Shown: positions 33,119-42,733 of the stretch, in pieces
Layout of the letters: every line of letters begins with the position of its first letter
How positions within the stretch are numbered: the stretch's first letter is position 1
Origin: an uncultured Methanomicrobiales archaeon
Lineage (GTDB): Archaea > Halobacteriota > Methanomicrobia > Methanomicrobiales > Methanospirillaceae
Reading direction: 5' to 3'
NCBI GenBank assembly: GCA_963697895.1
Contig: OY969100.1
Location: 1,472,001 to 1,536,000 of the forward strand
DNA: 64,000 nt
Made by a program: the position numbers and the translations under genes
The notes under the pieces: generated by a model
Database searches by the model: none
Told to the model about the DNA's origin: nothing
What the model saw: only the letters and a program-made list of their open reading frames with translations

Positions 33119-33460
33119 ATGATGCCGGGTGGAATAAACCCAAAAAAGATGAAACAGATGATGAAACAGTTGGGGATGCAGGTCGAACCGATCGAAGATG
33201 TCCGGCAGATCGTGATCACGACGGGAAAAGGGAGATATATATTCGACGAAGCAGAAGTGACCGCTATGACGATGCAAGGTGTGAAGACCTTCCAGATCGC
33301 CGGACAGCCACGGTTCGAGGAGGGAGACCTTGAAATACCTGACGATGACGTCAGAATAGTTATGGAACAGACTTGCACAACAGAAGATATAGCACGAACA
33401 GCACTTATTGAAGTAAAAGGAGACCTTGCAGCAGCAATTCTCCGGCTCTCCCAGCCATGA
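33119..33460 (+). CDS. nac: Nascent polypeptide-associated complex protein
   Basis: NPKKMKQMMKQLG, C-terminal UBA GDLAAAIL. Confidence 0.95.
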   Translation: MMPGGINPKKMKQMMKQLGMQVEPIEDVRQIVITTGKGRYIFDEAEVTAMTMQGVKTFQIAGQPRFEEGDLEIPDDDVRIVMEQTCTTEDIARTALIEVKGDLAAAILRLSQP

Positions 33461-34182
33461 TCGGACAGGGTGATCGGGTTTTACTGGTTGGGAACGGCAG
33501 AAAATATTTTGTCCGGGCTGGGAACGGAAACCTTTCGACAGACCTGGGGATCGTCGACCTTGGGCTCCTTATCGGTGCATCGCCCGGTGACCAGATCGTA
33601 TCCCATATCGGCACTACATTCGTCATCCGGATCCCGAGATCTGCCGATTTTTTTGAACATGCCCGGCGAAGCGGTGCTCCCATGCTCCCCAAAGATATAG
33701 GGCTTGTTATCGGATATACCGGTATGAATCACCGGGATGCAGTCCTCGATGCGGGGACCGGCAGCGGAATCGCTGCGATCTACTTTGGCGGAATCGCTTC
33801 GACGGTCAGGACGTATGAACATCGGCCCGATTTCGCCCGGCTTGCGGTTTCCAATATCCAGGATGCGGGGCTGGATAATGTGGAAGTGATCGACCGGGAT
33901 TTCCTCGAGGCAAAAGGGAATTTCGATGTGGTGCATCTCGATATGACCATCACCCCGGCACACGTCGAACATGCCCATACGCTCCTTAATCCGGGGGGGT
34001 ATCTCGCGTGTTATACCCCCTTCCTTGAACACCTTTTCACCGTTCTGGACACCGCTCAGGGACTATTTGACGAGGTGAACGCTCATGAATGCATTGAACG
34101 GGAAATGACCCGGTCGCTGCGGGGTACCAGGCCTTCGACCCGGATCTGCCATTCCGGTTATATCAGCATTGCGCGGAAATGA
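33457..34182 (+). CDS. trmI: tRNA (adenine-57/58-N1)-methyltransferase
   Basis: PMLPKDIG, VLDAGTGSG, YTPF, RGTRP...HSGY. Confidence 0.88.
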   Translation: MIGQGDRVLLVGNGRKYFVRAGNGNLSTDLGIVDLGLLIGASPGDQIVSHIGTTFVIRIPRSADFFEHARRSGAPMLPKDIGLVIGYTGMNHRDAVLDAGTGSGIAAIYFGGIASTVRTYEHRPDFARLAVSNIQDAGLDNVEVIDRDFLEAKGNFDVVHLDMTITPAHVEHAHTLLNPGGYLACYTPFLEHLFTVLDTAQGLFDEVNAHECIEREMTRSLRGTRPSTRICHSGYISIARK

Positions 34183-34380
34183 TTGCAATCAAGCTTGAAA
34201 ATAAGTCTAACGAATAATGGCGGTTTAATTTAATCTTTCCCGGTTTTTAGAATGCGCTCTCGAAGAGGTGTGAACCAGTTCGTTTGAATTGCCTGACATG
34301 GGCTGTGAACGGTTATATCGGTAATTCAGTCTTTGTTTGTCATCCCGTTCCAGCAGATTTTGGATTAATTTGTTGGCAGA

Positions 34381-34418
34381 TTTAACCTTCCGGTTAACCC
34401 ATTGATTTAACCGGTTAA
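34381..34418. promoter_or_regulatory. Putative operator (TTAACC-N4-GGTTAA plus TTAACCGGTTAA) upstream of sheath-like gene A
   Basis: Palindromic; 30/38 identical to 35796..35833 at the same distance from the TATA box. Confidence 0.6.
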
Positions 34419-34513
34419 GGTCATATTAATGGCCGATTTTCTATTTAGCCCCCATAGATTGCCGAATTAAGAAGGAAGATTTATATATTATTCCAGCGAA
34501 CTGGATCGATGAT

Positions 34514-34529
34514 GCTGAAGAGTATCAGC
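34514..34529 (+). promoter_or_regulatory. Conserved GCTGA-N6-TCAGC element near the inferred transcription start (also 35928, 37076 degenerate, 38332, 41982, 21466)
   Basis: Lies 28-34 nt after TATA-like boxes in six paralog promoters. Confidence 0.7.
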
Positions 34530-34551
34530 ATAAAATGTAGGAGAAACCAAG

Positions 34552-35406
34552 ATGAAGACAAAATTTGTCGTTTTGGCACTCGTTGTTATGGCCCTCTTTG
34601 TCGGAGTTGTCATGGCAGCACAGCCGCCAAGCGCAACCTTTGAAACTCAGGGTGTCAAGACATCTGAGTCTATTTCCGTGCTGAAAGGCTCGGTTTCGAG
34701 CTCAGAGTCGATGGTCATGACGGTTGCTAACAACCCTGATGGTCTCAATGCACCGCCACTCGGGAACAGCGCGGATGGCCTCGGCGAACGTCAGGCAGTG
34801 AACGTCTATACCGAGACGACCGACGCAAAGAACGGTCAGAACATCGAGTATTCGAAGACCTTTGCCGCTGATACCGGAAACAAGGTTCTCGGTACCTGGA
34901 ACACCCAGGCACACCGCTCCATCCAGTACGAGACCGACCCAACCAAGGACGGCCGTATGACCTCTGCGGAACAGATCGTCATGGATGTTGCAGGCAACTA
35001 CGGTAACAGTGCAAGTGAGTTCCTCTGTCCGTTTGCAGAGGGCAAGTCCAACTACTCGCCGGCATTCTGTAACATCGTCCAGATGGGCAGCAACCTCGAT
35101 GCAACCTATGCAAACGTCGTCACTGACGCAGCAAAGAGGGACATCCAGGGAGTTGCAGACTTCCCGATTGAAGCCCAGTACTCGATCAGCGCAAAGGGAG
35201 TGCTCGTCGACACTGCGAATGGATTGGTTGCACAGCCGTACACCGGCTCGGTAAGCGCATTCATGAACGTACACACTCAGGAAGCTCGCGGTAACAACGA
35301 CGTACCCGAGGCCGACTTCGTCTACAAGGAGACAACCTCGGCAAGCGGGTTCATCAACAGCTTCGCAAAGAGCATGTACTATCAGGACGGCGCACTGAGG
35401 ATCTAA
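34552..35406 (+). CDS. Secreted sheath-protein-like (MspA-like) paralog A, 284 aa
   Basis: Signal peptide, FETQG, LCPF..PAFCN, C-terminal YQDG; Ser/Thr/Asn-rich beta-strand pattern; strong codon bias, TATA, AGGAG RBS and terminator. Confidence 0.85.
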   Translation: MKTKFVVLALVVMALFVGVVMAAQPPSATFETQGVKTSESISVLKGSVSSSESMVMTVANNPDGLNAPPLGNSADGLGERQAVNVYTETTDAKNGQNIEYSKTFAADTGNKVLGTWNTQAHRSIQYETDPTKDGRMTSAEQIVMDVAGNYGNSASEFLCPFAEGKSNYSPAFCNIVQMGSNLDATYANVVTDAAKRDIQGVADFPIEAQYSISAKGVLVDTANGLVAQPYTGSVSAFMNVHTQEARGNNDVPEADFVYKETTSASGFINSFAKSMYYQDGALRI

Positions 35407-35795
35407 GTTCGCAGGTAGTTAACTGGGAAAATGGGGGAATAATCCTCCTTTTTCTTTTTTAATGAGTTTGTTCAATTGAAGGTCTTGTTATTATTATCAA
35501 ACGCCTTTCATGTCGATGCAATCTTCTTTGGAAAAGAGTATGGTTTGATGAATTGGATTCATCATATCGATTAATAATACGGAACCGCTTCATCCCCGAT
35601 CTCTCGGAGGATAAAGACCATTCAAATATGTGCACATTCATCTCAGTGATACCAATCCGAGAACTTAATCTCAAGAATGTTAGGAGATTCCATTTCATGG
35701 ACCGCCGTGCAGGGAAATATCCTCTCTGAATGCCAGTGGATTCAAAGCCCGTTCCTGTTAGGGATAGCTGTTTTCAAAAGAATCTAAATGATTGG

Positions 35796-35833
35796 TTTAA
35801 CCGTCCGGTTAGATCATTGATTCTTTCGGTTAA
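35796..35833. promoter_or_regulatory. Putative operator upstream of sheath-like gene B
   Basis: TTTAACCGTCCGGTTAGATCATTGATTCTTTCGGTTAA, homologous to 34381..34418. Confidence 0.6.
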
Positions 35834-35960
35834 ACGATTAAATTGTTTATTTACGCAAATGAGCCATTTAATGAGCCTGATTTGTGAGGAAAGTTTATAC
35901 CATATTCTCGCGAATAGGATCAGTGATGCTGAGGAGTATCAGCATACGGAGATTACTAAA

Positions 35961-36815
35961 ATGAAGGCAAGTTACATCTGCTTGGCCCTTCTGCTGATGG
36001 CACTCTTTGTTGGAGTTGTCATGGCTGCAGATCCGCCAAGCGCAACCTTTGAAACTCAGGGAATCAAGTCAACCGATTCCATATCCGTGCTGAAGGGTTC
36101 GGTATCGACCTCTAAGACGATGGTCATGACCGTCGCGAACAACCCCGACGGCATCAATGCAGCGCCGCTCGAGTCGAGCGAGGACGGCCCCGGAGAACGC
36201 CAGTCCACAAACGTCTACACCGAGACAACTGACGCAAAGAACGGCCAGAACATCGAGTATTCCGCAACGGTAACCGCCGACACCGGTAACAAGGTCCTCG
36301 GTACCTATAACACCCAGGCACACCGCTCGATCCAGTACGAGACCGACCCGACAAAGGACGGCCGTATGACCTCTGCCGAGCAGATCGTCATGGATGTTGC
36401 AGGCAACTTTGGCAACAGCGCAAGCAACTTCCTCTGTCCGTTTGCAGAGGGCAAGTCCAACTACACGCCGGCATTCTGTAACATCGTCCAGATGGGCAGC
36501 AGCCTTGATGCGACCTATGCAAATGTCGTCACCGATGCAGCAAAGAGAGATATCCAGGCGACGGCCGACTTCCCGTTAGAGGCATCATACTCAATTGCGG
36601 CGAAGGGCGTGCTCGTTGACACGGCAGATGGATTAGTTGCACAGCCATACACCGGCTCGATCAACGCATACATGAACGTCCACACGCAGGAAGCTCGCGG
36701 CAACAACGACGTGCCCGAGGCCGACTTTGTATACAAGGAGTCGACTTCAGCAAGCGGGTACATCAACAACTTCGCCAAGAGCATGTACTACCAGGACGGC
36801 GCCCTGAGAATCTGA
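35961..36815 (+). CDS. Secreted sheath-protein-like paralog B, 284 aa
   Basis: Start MKASYICL at 35961 gives the same 855-bp length as A; collinear with A. Confidence 0.85.
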   Translation: MKASYICLALLLMALFVGVVMAADPPSATFETQGIKSTDSISVLKGSVSTSKTMVMTVANNPDGINAAPLESSEDGPGERQSTNVYTETTDAKNGQNIEYSATVTADTGNKVLGTYNTQAHRSIQYETDPTKDGRMTSAEQIVMDVAGNFGNSASNFLCPFAEGKSNYTPAFCNIVQMGSSLDATYANVVTDAAKRDIQATADFPLEASYSIAAKGVLVDTADGLVAQPYTGSINAYMNVHTQEARGNNDVPEADFVYKESTSASGYINNFAKSMYYQDGALRI

Positions 36816-36837
36816 ACGCAAGGTTAGAAAATTCAAC

Positions 36838-36870
36838 GCGGAAGGATCAACCTTCCCGCATATTTTTTTT
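36838..36870 (+). terminator. Hairpin plus T-tract terminator after paralog B
   Basis: GCGGAAGG-ATCAA-CCTTCCCGC followed by ATATTTTTTTTT; similar hairpin/T-tracts follow A, B' and A'. Confidence 0.7.
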
Positions 36871-37111
36871 TAATTTATTTTGATTTCCTTACTAACTCGC
36901 AATCAATTTTTATCGGATTATAGACAACGAAACAGCAATTTCTCTAAAAATTGATGGTTAATTCAACAAATGCCGATGGAAAGAAATACATTTTAAAGAT
37001 TAGATTCAAAATAAAATCAGGCGAATTGAAAATTAAGAAAGTATATAAGCCCTTATAACGAACAAAACTAGTGATGCTTTAGAGTATCAGATAAAATGTA
37101 GGAGGAACAAA

Positions 37112-37966
37112 ATGAAGATGAAATTTATCGTTCTGGCACTTCTGCTGATGGCACTCTTTGTGGGAGTTGTCGTGGCTGCAGATCCGCCAAGCGCGACCTT
37201 TGAAACACAGGGAATCAAGTCAACTGAGTCTATATCCGTGCTGAAAGGTTCGGTATCGACCTCTAAGACGATGGTCATGACCGTCGCGAACAACCCCGAC
37301 GGCATCAATGCACCGCCGCTCGAGTCGAGCGAGGACGGCCCCGGAGAACGCCAGTCCACAAACGTCTATACCGAGGCAACTGACGCAAAGAACGGCCAGA
37401 ACATCGAGTATTCCTCAACGGTAACCGCCGACACCGGTAACAAGGTTCTCGGTACCTATAATACCCAGGCACACCGGTCGATCCAGTACGAGACCGACCC
37501 GACAAAGGACGGCCGTATGACCTCTTCCGAACAGATCGTCATGGATGTTGCAGGCAACTTTGGCAACAGCGCAAGCAACTTCCTCTGTCCGTTTGCAGAG
37601 GGCAAGTCTGACTACACCCCGGCATTCTGCAACATCGTTCAGATGGGCAGCAGCATGGACGTTACCTATGTCAATGTCGTCACCGATGCGGCAAAGAGAG
37701 ACATTCAGGCAACCGCAGACTTCCCGCTCGAGGCATCGTACTCCATTGCGGCGAAGGGCTTACTGGTCGATACACCAGATGGATTAGTTGCCATGCCGGC
37801 GGTTGGCTCGATCAATGCATACATGAACGTCCACACGCAGGAAGCTCGCGGCAATAACGACGTGCCCGAGGCCGACTTCGTCTACAAGGAGTCGACTTCA
37901 GCAAGCGGATACATCAACAACTTCGCCAAGAGCATGTACTACCAGGACGGCGCTATAAGGATCTAA
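37112..37966 (+). CDS. Secreted sheath-protein-like paralog B', 284 aa
   Basis: Collinear with A and B; AGGAGG RBS. Confidence 0.85.
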   Translation: MKMKFIVLALLLMALFVGVVVAADPPSATFETQGIKSTESISVLKGSVSTSKTMVMTVANNPDGINAPPLESSEDGPGERQSTNVYTEATDAKNGQNIEYSSTVTADTGNKVLGTYNTQAHRSIQYETDPTKDGRMTSSEQIVMDVAGNFGNSASNFLCPFAEGKSDYTPAFCNIVQMGSSMDVTYVNVVTDAAKRDIQATADFPLEASYSIAAKGLLVDTPDGLVAMPAVGSINAYMNVHTQEARGNNDVPEADFVYKESTSASGYINNFAKSMYYQDGAIRI

Positions 37967-38370
37967 ATCGGGTTTACACCCATCTGAATGGGGTAATTCC
38001 CTCATTTTTATTTTTTCACAATCCCGATTGTGGATCTTTCCTACTAAGGCATGGGGATTCTTTTCTGGTAATTAATCAAAATGAGTATAAATTCCAAAAA
38101 ACCTATCGAAAGAGAAGATCTGATTGATTTCAACTACTCATGAGAGCGCGTGCGGGGCTCACTTCGATATCTATTGGAAAGAAGATGCGGGAATCAGGAT
38201 CCACTCTTAACACATATCCTCCAATTGTCCGTGAGAACGTTTCTAAGCCGAATAAACAAGATAAAAGCCCTGTACATTGTAAGATTTAAGAGAGAAAGTT
38301 TATAAGATCCTGTAACAAAAGGTTGGATGGTGCTGAAGAGTATCAGCATAAGAATGCAGGAGAAACCAAG

Positions 38371-39225
38371 ATGAAAACAAAATTTGTCGTTCTGGCACTC
38401 GTTGTTATGGCCCTCTTTGTCGGAGTTGTCATGGCAGCACAGCCGCCAAGCGCAACCTTTGAAACTCAGGGTGTCAAGACATCTGAGTCCATTTCCGTGC
38501 TGAAAGGCTCGGTTTCGAGCTCTGAGTCGATGGTCATGACGGTTGCTAACAACCCTGATGGTCTCAATGCACCGCCACTCGGGAACAGCGCGGATGGCCT
38601 CGGCGAACGCCAGGCAGTGAACGTCTATACCGAGACGACCGACGCAAAGAACGGTCAGAACATCGAGTATTCGAAGACCTTTGCCGCTGATACCGGAAAC
38701 AAGGTTCTCGGTACCTGGAACACCCAGGCACACCGCTCCATCCAGTACGAGACCGACCCAACCAAGGACGGCCGTATGACCTCTGCGGAACAGATCGTCA
38801 TGGATGTTGCAGGCAACTACGGTAACAGTGCAAGTGAGTTCCTCTGTCCGTTTGCAGAGGGCAAGTCCAACTACTCGCCGGCATTCTGTAACATCGTCCA
38901 GATGGGCAGCAACCTCGATGCGACCTATGCAAACGTCGTCACTGACGCGGCAAAGAGGGACATCCAGGGAGTTGCAGACTTCCCGATTGAGGCACAGTAC
39001 TCGATCAGCGCAAAGGGTGTTCTCGTCGACACTGCGGACGGATTGGTTGCACAGCCGTACACCGGATCGGTAAGCGCATTCATGAACGTACACACTCAGG
39101 AAGCTCGCGGTAACAACGACGTACCCGAGGCCGACTTCGTCTACAAGGAGACAACCTCGGCAAGCGGGTACATCAACAGCTTCGCAAAGAGCATGTACTA
39201 TCAGGACGGCGCACTGAGGATCTAG
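38371..39225 (+). CDS. Secreted sheath-protein-like paralog A', 284 aa
   Basis: Differs from A at two residues by my comparison (TANG/TADG, SGFIN/SGYIN). Confidence 0.85.
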   Translation: MKTKFVVLALVVMALFVGVVMAAQPPSATFETQGVKTSESISVLKGSVSSSESMVMTVANNPDGLNAPPLGNSADGLGERQAVNVYTETTDAKNGQNIEYSKTFAADTGNKVLGTWNTQAHRSIQYETDPTKDGRMTSAEQIVMDVAGNYGNSASEFLCPFAEGKSNYSPAFCNIVQMGSNLDATYANVVTDAAKRDIQGVADFPIEAQYSISAKGVLVDTADGLVAQPYTGSVSAFMNVHTQEARGNNDVPEADFVYKETTSASGYINSFAKSMYYQDGALRI

Positions 39226-40073
39226 ACACTGGAAACAAGAAGTGTGGGTTAAACCCATACTAATTTTATTTTTATAAGGTTTTTATTTTATTAATTCAGG
39301 AAATGGTCTTTTCTGAATGCATCAAGAGAACAGAAGTCTGCCCGTTTCCTTTATCTTATCAGGCAAAATCGAAAATTTTAATTTTATCCACCGCAGGACA
39401 ACATCCGACTCACCATCGGGTGCAAATGAAAGGCCTGCGTTCAGTTCCTGGTGATATCCGCGATATTCTACCGCTTACCGAAAGACCCCGGTCACCCATT
39501 AATAATCTATCGGCCGGTGGAAGGTGCTTGGATTATTTTCTCAAATATGATTCTGTCGAAAGCTCTTATGGTATGAGTCTCGTATGTGGGCTAGTTTTTA
39601 CGCTCGGGTTTGAAACCCGTTATCTTTCCGGTGAAGATACGATATGACCATGATACAGTCAGCTGGATTTGTGCCTGAAATCATTAATGCCTTTATTCAA
39701 TTTGATCTGGAAATCTCCTCCCGTGTCTTGTTCAGAATTAAATGCCTATTTCTTGCCTGCATTTCCACCAAACAAGGTGAGTTCCTGGGGGACTAATAAA
39801 TAGGGTTAAGAGTAAATAAAAATCAACATTTCTTCTTAATGTTGAATTATTTACCCACGGCATACCGAATTGTTCTTGTTATTGAAGTTTTTCGCCGGAG
39901 AAATCCTAATCCGGAAATGATAATTAAAGAGTTTCGTTGATAATCGATATTGATATCCGATATAAGCATTCAAGTTGAAGGATGATGTGTTCTTTGGATT
40001 TCTAGGCGAGTAATTATAAAAGGTTAGATCCCTGTGTAAACATTCAGAAAAAAAGAAGAATATAGGTTTCAGC

Positions 40074-40868
40074 CTACTCGTCCGTCTCGTAAGTCATACT
40101 CTTCTGGAGTTGGAAGAGACCGCTGACACTGGTCGTATCTTCGAACTGGGTGTCTGCACCGAGTGCGGTCGCATTTCCTCGTCCGGTCATCTCATGTACC
40201 TTGATATACGCAGAAGCAGTTCCTTCTGCATCAGATCCGGTACCATTCAGTCCCTGAGCATTGACATCGTAGTGGACACTTACGTCGTTATCCACATCGG
40301 ATACCGATGTTGTCGTTGCATGGCTGAGTGCAGATACCTTCGTCACATCCAGATTGCTTCCGGACTGTACCATCGTATTTTCTGCCGGTAACGTGGTGTT
40401 GTCCTGGTTCGGGAACGGGCAGCATGTCGTTGTATTCTCCGCAGCTGTGGATGCTTCGAAGAAGGTCACTTCTTCCTGGGAGGACATCCGGCCATTTGTA
40501 TCCGCCTCAAAGGTGAGCAATCGTGTTGAATCCAGATTATTTCCTCCCGGCACCTGGTTCGCGTCATTATACGCGAAGTGCTTTGCATATGTCGTATTCC
40601 CTTTGATCGCCATCGTGTTCTCTGAGTACGCTGTCGTCTGGAATACTTCTCCGGCTACCAAAGGAGGGTTGTTCTGCATATCTTCGTTGTCCAGCTGAGA
40701 TGCCAGGGTAGAATGCGCTCCAAAGTTCCCATCGCACGTAGCAAAGGTGTCAACAGTCAGACCGGATGTCTCGTTCGCCGCAGATAGGGTCCTGACTGCA
40801 AGAGCAGACCCGGAAAAGAGACCCAATATCATCAAAATGATGATAATCAGTAGTAAGGATACTCGCAT
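40074..40868 (-). CDS. Secreted sheath-protein-like paralog, divergent (264 aa)
   Basis: Signal peptide, NETSG, NPPL..GE, AYSENT, DANQV.G.NNL, GRMSS.E, CCPF, QSGSNLDV, AYIKVH, SVSG...LQKSMTY. Confidence 0.8.
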   Translation of the reverse strand: MRVSLLLIIIILMILGLFSGSALAVRTLSAANETSGLTVDTFATCDGNFGAHSTLASQLDNEDMQNNPPLVAGEVFQTTAYSENTMAIKGNTTYAKHFAYNDANQVPGGNNLDSTRLLTFEADTNGRMSSQEEVTFFEASTAAENTTTCCPFPNQDNTTLPAENTMVQSGSNLDVTKVSALSHATTTSVSDVDNDVSVHYDVNAQGLNGTGSDAEGTASAYIKVHEMTGRGNATALGADTQFEDTTSVSGLFQLQKSMTYETDE

Positions 40869-41114
40869 GTTCAGTTCGCCACCTTGATTGGAAATTATTT
40901 AATTCCACTTTGAAATTACGTTTATTGTATATATAAATATTGTCCTCTCAAGATTTTCCGAGAGAGCATTCACAGGGTAAGTGTCCAAATCCCTCCAAAA
41001 TAAGGCGATTTCCTGTTTTGTATTCGTTTACGATAAATATTCTAAAATGGTCTTCTTCAATTCGCTATAAAAAAGTAGGAGGGATATTCCCACCCTGTTC
41101 TTCACCAGTTCACT

Positions 41115-41963
41115 TCAGACCCTGATTGGCCCGTCTTGGTAGGACAAATCCTTGTCGAAGTTGTTGATCGAACCGCTTGCTATGGTGTCCTCTTTATACA
41201 CGAAGTCTCCTTCAGGCACATCATTGTTACCCCGGGCCTCCTGGGTATGAACATCCATGAAGGCTTCAATGGTTCCCGTTGCCGGGACAAGGATTAACCC
41301 GTCAGGTGTATTGATGACTGTTCCTTTGGCATGGATGCTGTAAGCAAGCTGTGCAGGGAAGTCAGCTGTAGCCTGGATATCACGGAGGGTTGCGTCGGTT
41401 ACGACGTTGATGTTCGTTACATCGATGTTGCTCCCTGCCTGGACTATGTTACAGAATGCCGGGGCATCAGCGCTCGCTCCGGAAGCGAACGGACAGAGCA
41501 TCGAATCTGCGGTTGATCCTCCGGGTGCTCCAACCATATCCATGATGATCTTCTCGCTAGAGGTCATCCTGCCATTCTTCGTCGGATCTGCGATGAATTG
41601 GATGCTTCGGTGAGAATTCACATTATTGGTCCCGAGAACTTGGTTCGCATTGTCTGCGGTGAATGTCTTCGAGTAATCGGTGAGCCCGTTCTTGGCTTCT
41701 GTGAATTCGGTATAGACATTCGTCGCCTGCCTTCCTCCACTGGAAAGTGGTGCACTATTTACGCCGCCTGAATTCTGCGCCGTTGTCATGACCATGGTGA
41801 CCGAATTGGTGAATGTCCCGGATACCGATACCGACGTGACCGATCTGATTCCCTGGGTCTCGAAGGTCGCACTGGGTTCCAATGCGGCCATGACTGAACT
41901 GCAGGCCATTATGCAGAGCGCCACTCCAATCAGCATTAAATAAACTAATTTGTTATTCTTCAT
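41115..41963 (-). CDS. Secreted sheath-protein-like paralog (282 aa)
   Basis: SATFETQG, LCPF..APAFCNIVQAGS, HTQEARGNNDVPE, YQDG; start MKNNKL after AGGAGG. Confidence 0.85.
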   Translation of the reverse strand: MKNNKLVYLMLIGVALCIMACSSVMAALEPSATFETQGIRSVTSVSVSGTFTNSVTMVMTTAQNSGGVNSAPLSSGGRQATNVYTEFTEAKNGLTDYSKTFTADNANQVLGTNNVNSHRSIQFIADPTKNGRMTSSEKIIMDMVGAPGGSTADSMLCPFASGASADAPAFCNIVQAGSNIDVTNINVVTDATLRDIQATADFPAQLAYSIHAKGTVINTPDGLILVPATGTIEAFMDVHTQEARGNNDVPEGDFVYKEDTIASGSINNFDKDLSYQDGPIRV

Positions 41964-42331
41964 CCATCCTCCTACAATATAGCTGATTATTTTCAGCACT
42001 TACTGTTTTGTTATGATCTTTTAAATAGCTTCTTTCCGGGTTTATCACGCGAAGGAGACGATATCCTGCGGTTCAATGAATAAACCCCGCGGGTACATAC
42101 ATTCAAATAAAATGGTTTTTTGCAGAATTAGATACATCATAACTCAAGAACTGCCAATTCCATTTCAGCTGCACCGTAAACTATTCTGTTCCAAGCAGTA
42201 ATTTATGGAAGTAATAGAGCCATCGAATATTGAAACTATGGAGATAAGAGCAAATTTATCATTAATTTTTAGAATTTATGGGTATTATTGTTCTAAAACA
42301 GAGCCCGGAAAAAAATATTCCCGGTCGAATT

Positions 42332-42733
42332 TTAACCGGTATAGGATGTGCTGAAGTAGAAATTATTGATGATCCCGCTTGCACTGGTGTACTGGTTATA
42401 GGTAAACTCTCCACCCGGGCCTATACTGTGCGAGTTGGAATATGCTGAAATATCGCCGATGGTGGGAATCTCGCCTAGTGGCTGGGCACTTATCGTATAT
42501 CCAAGCATTGGTGCCGATGGATACGATAAGGGCGCAGAAACACCGCTAAAGAGACTGAGTCCATTCGTGTCAGATACGAGAGATATCCCACTGACATCTA
42601 TATAGCTTCCAGACATTTGCATCTGACTGGCCAACGGCAGCCCGTCGGATAATTGTGCAGAAACGGTGCCGGTAAGGCCGATAATGATCGCCACCGCCAG
42701 CAACGATATTCCTATCAACGTTTTTTTCATCAT
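42332..42733 (-). CDS. Half-size secreted paralog matching the C-terminal half of the sheath-like proteins
   Basis: Signal peptide then GSYIDV...VSD, LGYTISA, G.ISAY, FTY...TSASG.INNF...SY.G. Confidence 0.7.
   Translation of the reverse strand: MMKKTLIGISLLAVAIIIGLTGTVSAQLSDGLPLASQMQMSGSYIDVSGISLVSDTNGLSLFSGVSAPLSYPSAPMLGYTISAQPLGEIPTIGDISAYSNSHSIGPGGEFTYNQYTSASGIINNFYFSTSYTG

Noticed and set aside
35730-35960. N-terminal extensions in the ORF track (35730, 38323, 41999, 8179, 8430)
   Set aside because: They run through TATA boxes or neighbouring genes; downstream ATGs match paralog lengths or known N-termini
34552-39225. Near-identical gene copies as DGR template/variable repeats or invertible cassettes
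   Set aside because: Differences are not adenine-specific, all copies are full genes with their own promoters, and no reverse transcriptase or recombinase is in the window
38194-39258. 354-aa minus-strand ORF (also 34702..35274 and other antisense ORFs)
   Set aside because: Antisense shadow of a strongly codon-biased gene; no start context or recognisable motifs
39303-39647. 114-aa ORF in the gap between the convergent paralog groups
   Set aside because: No RBS, motif or codon-bias support
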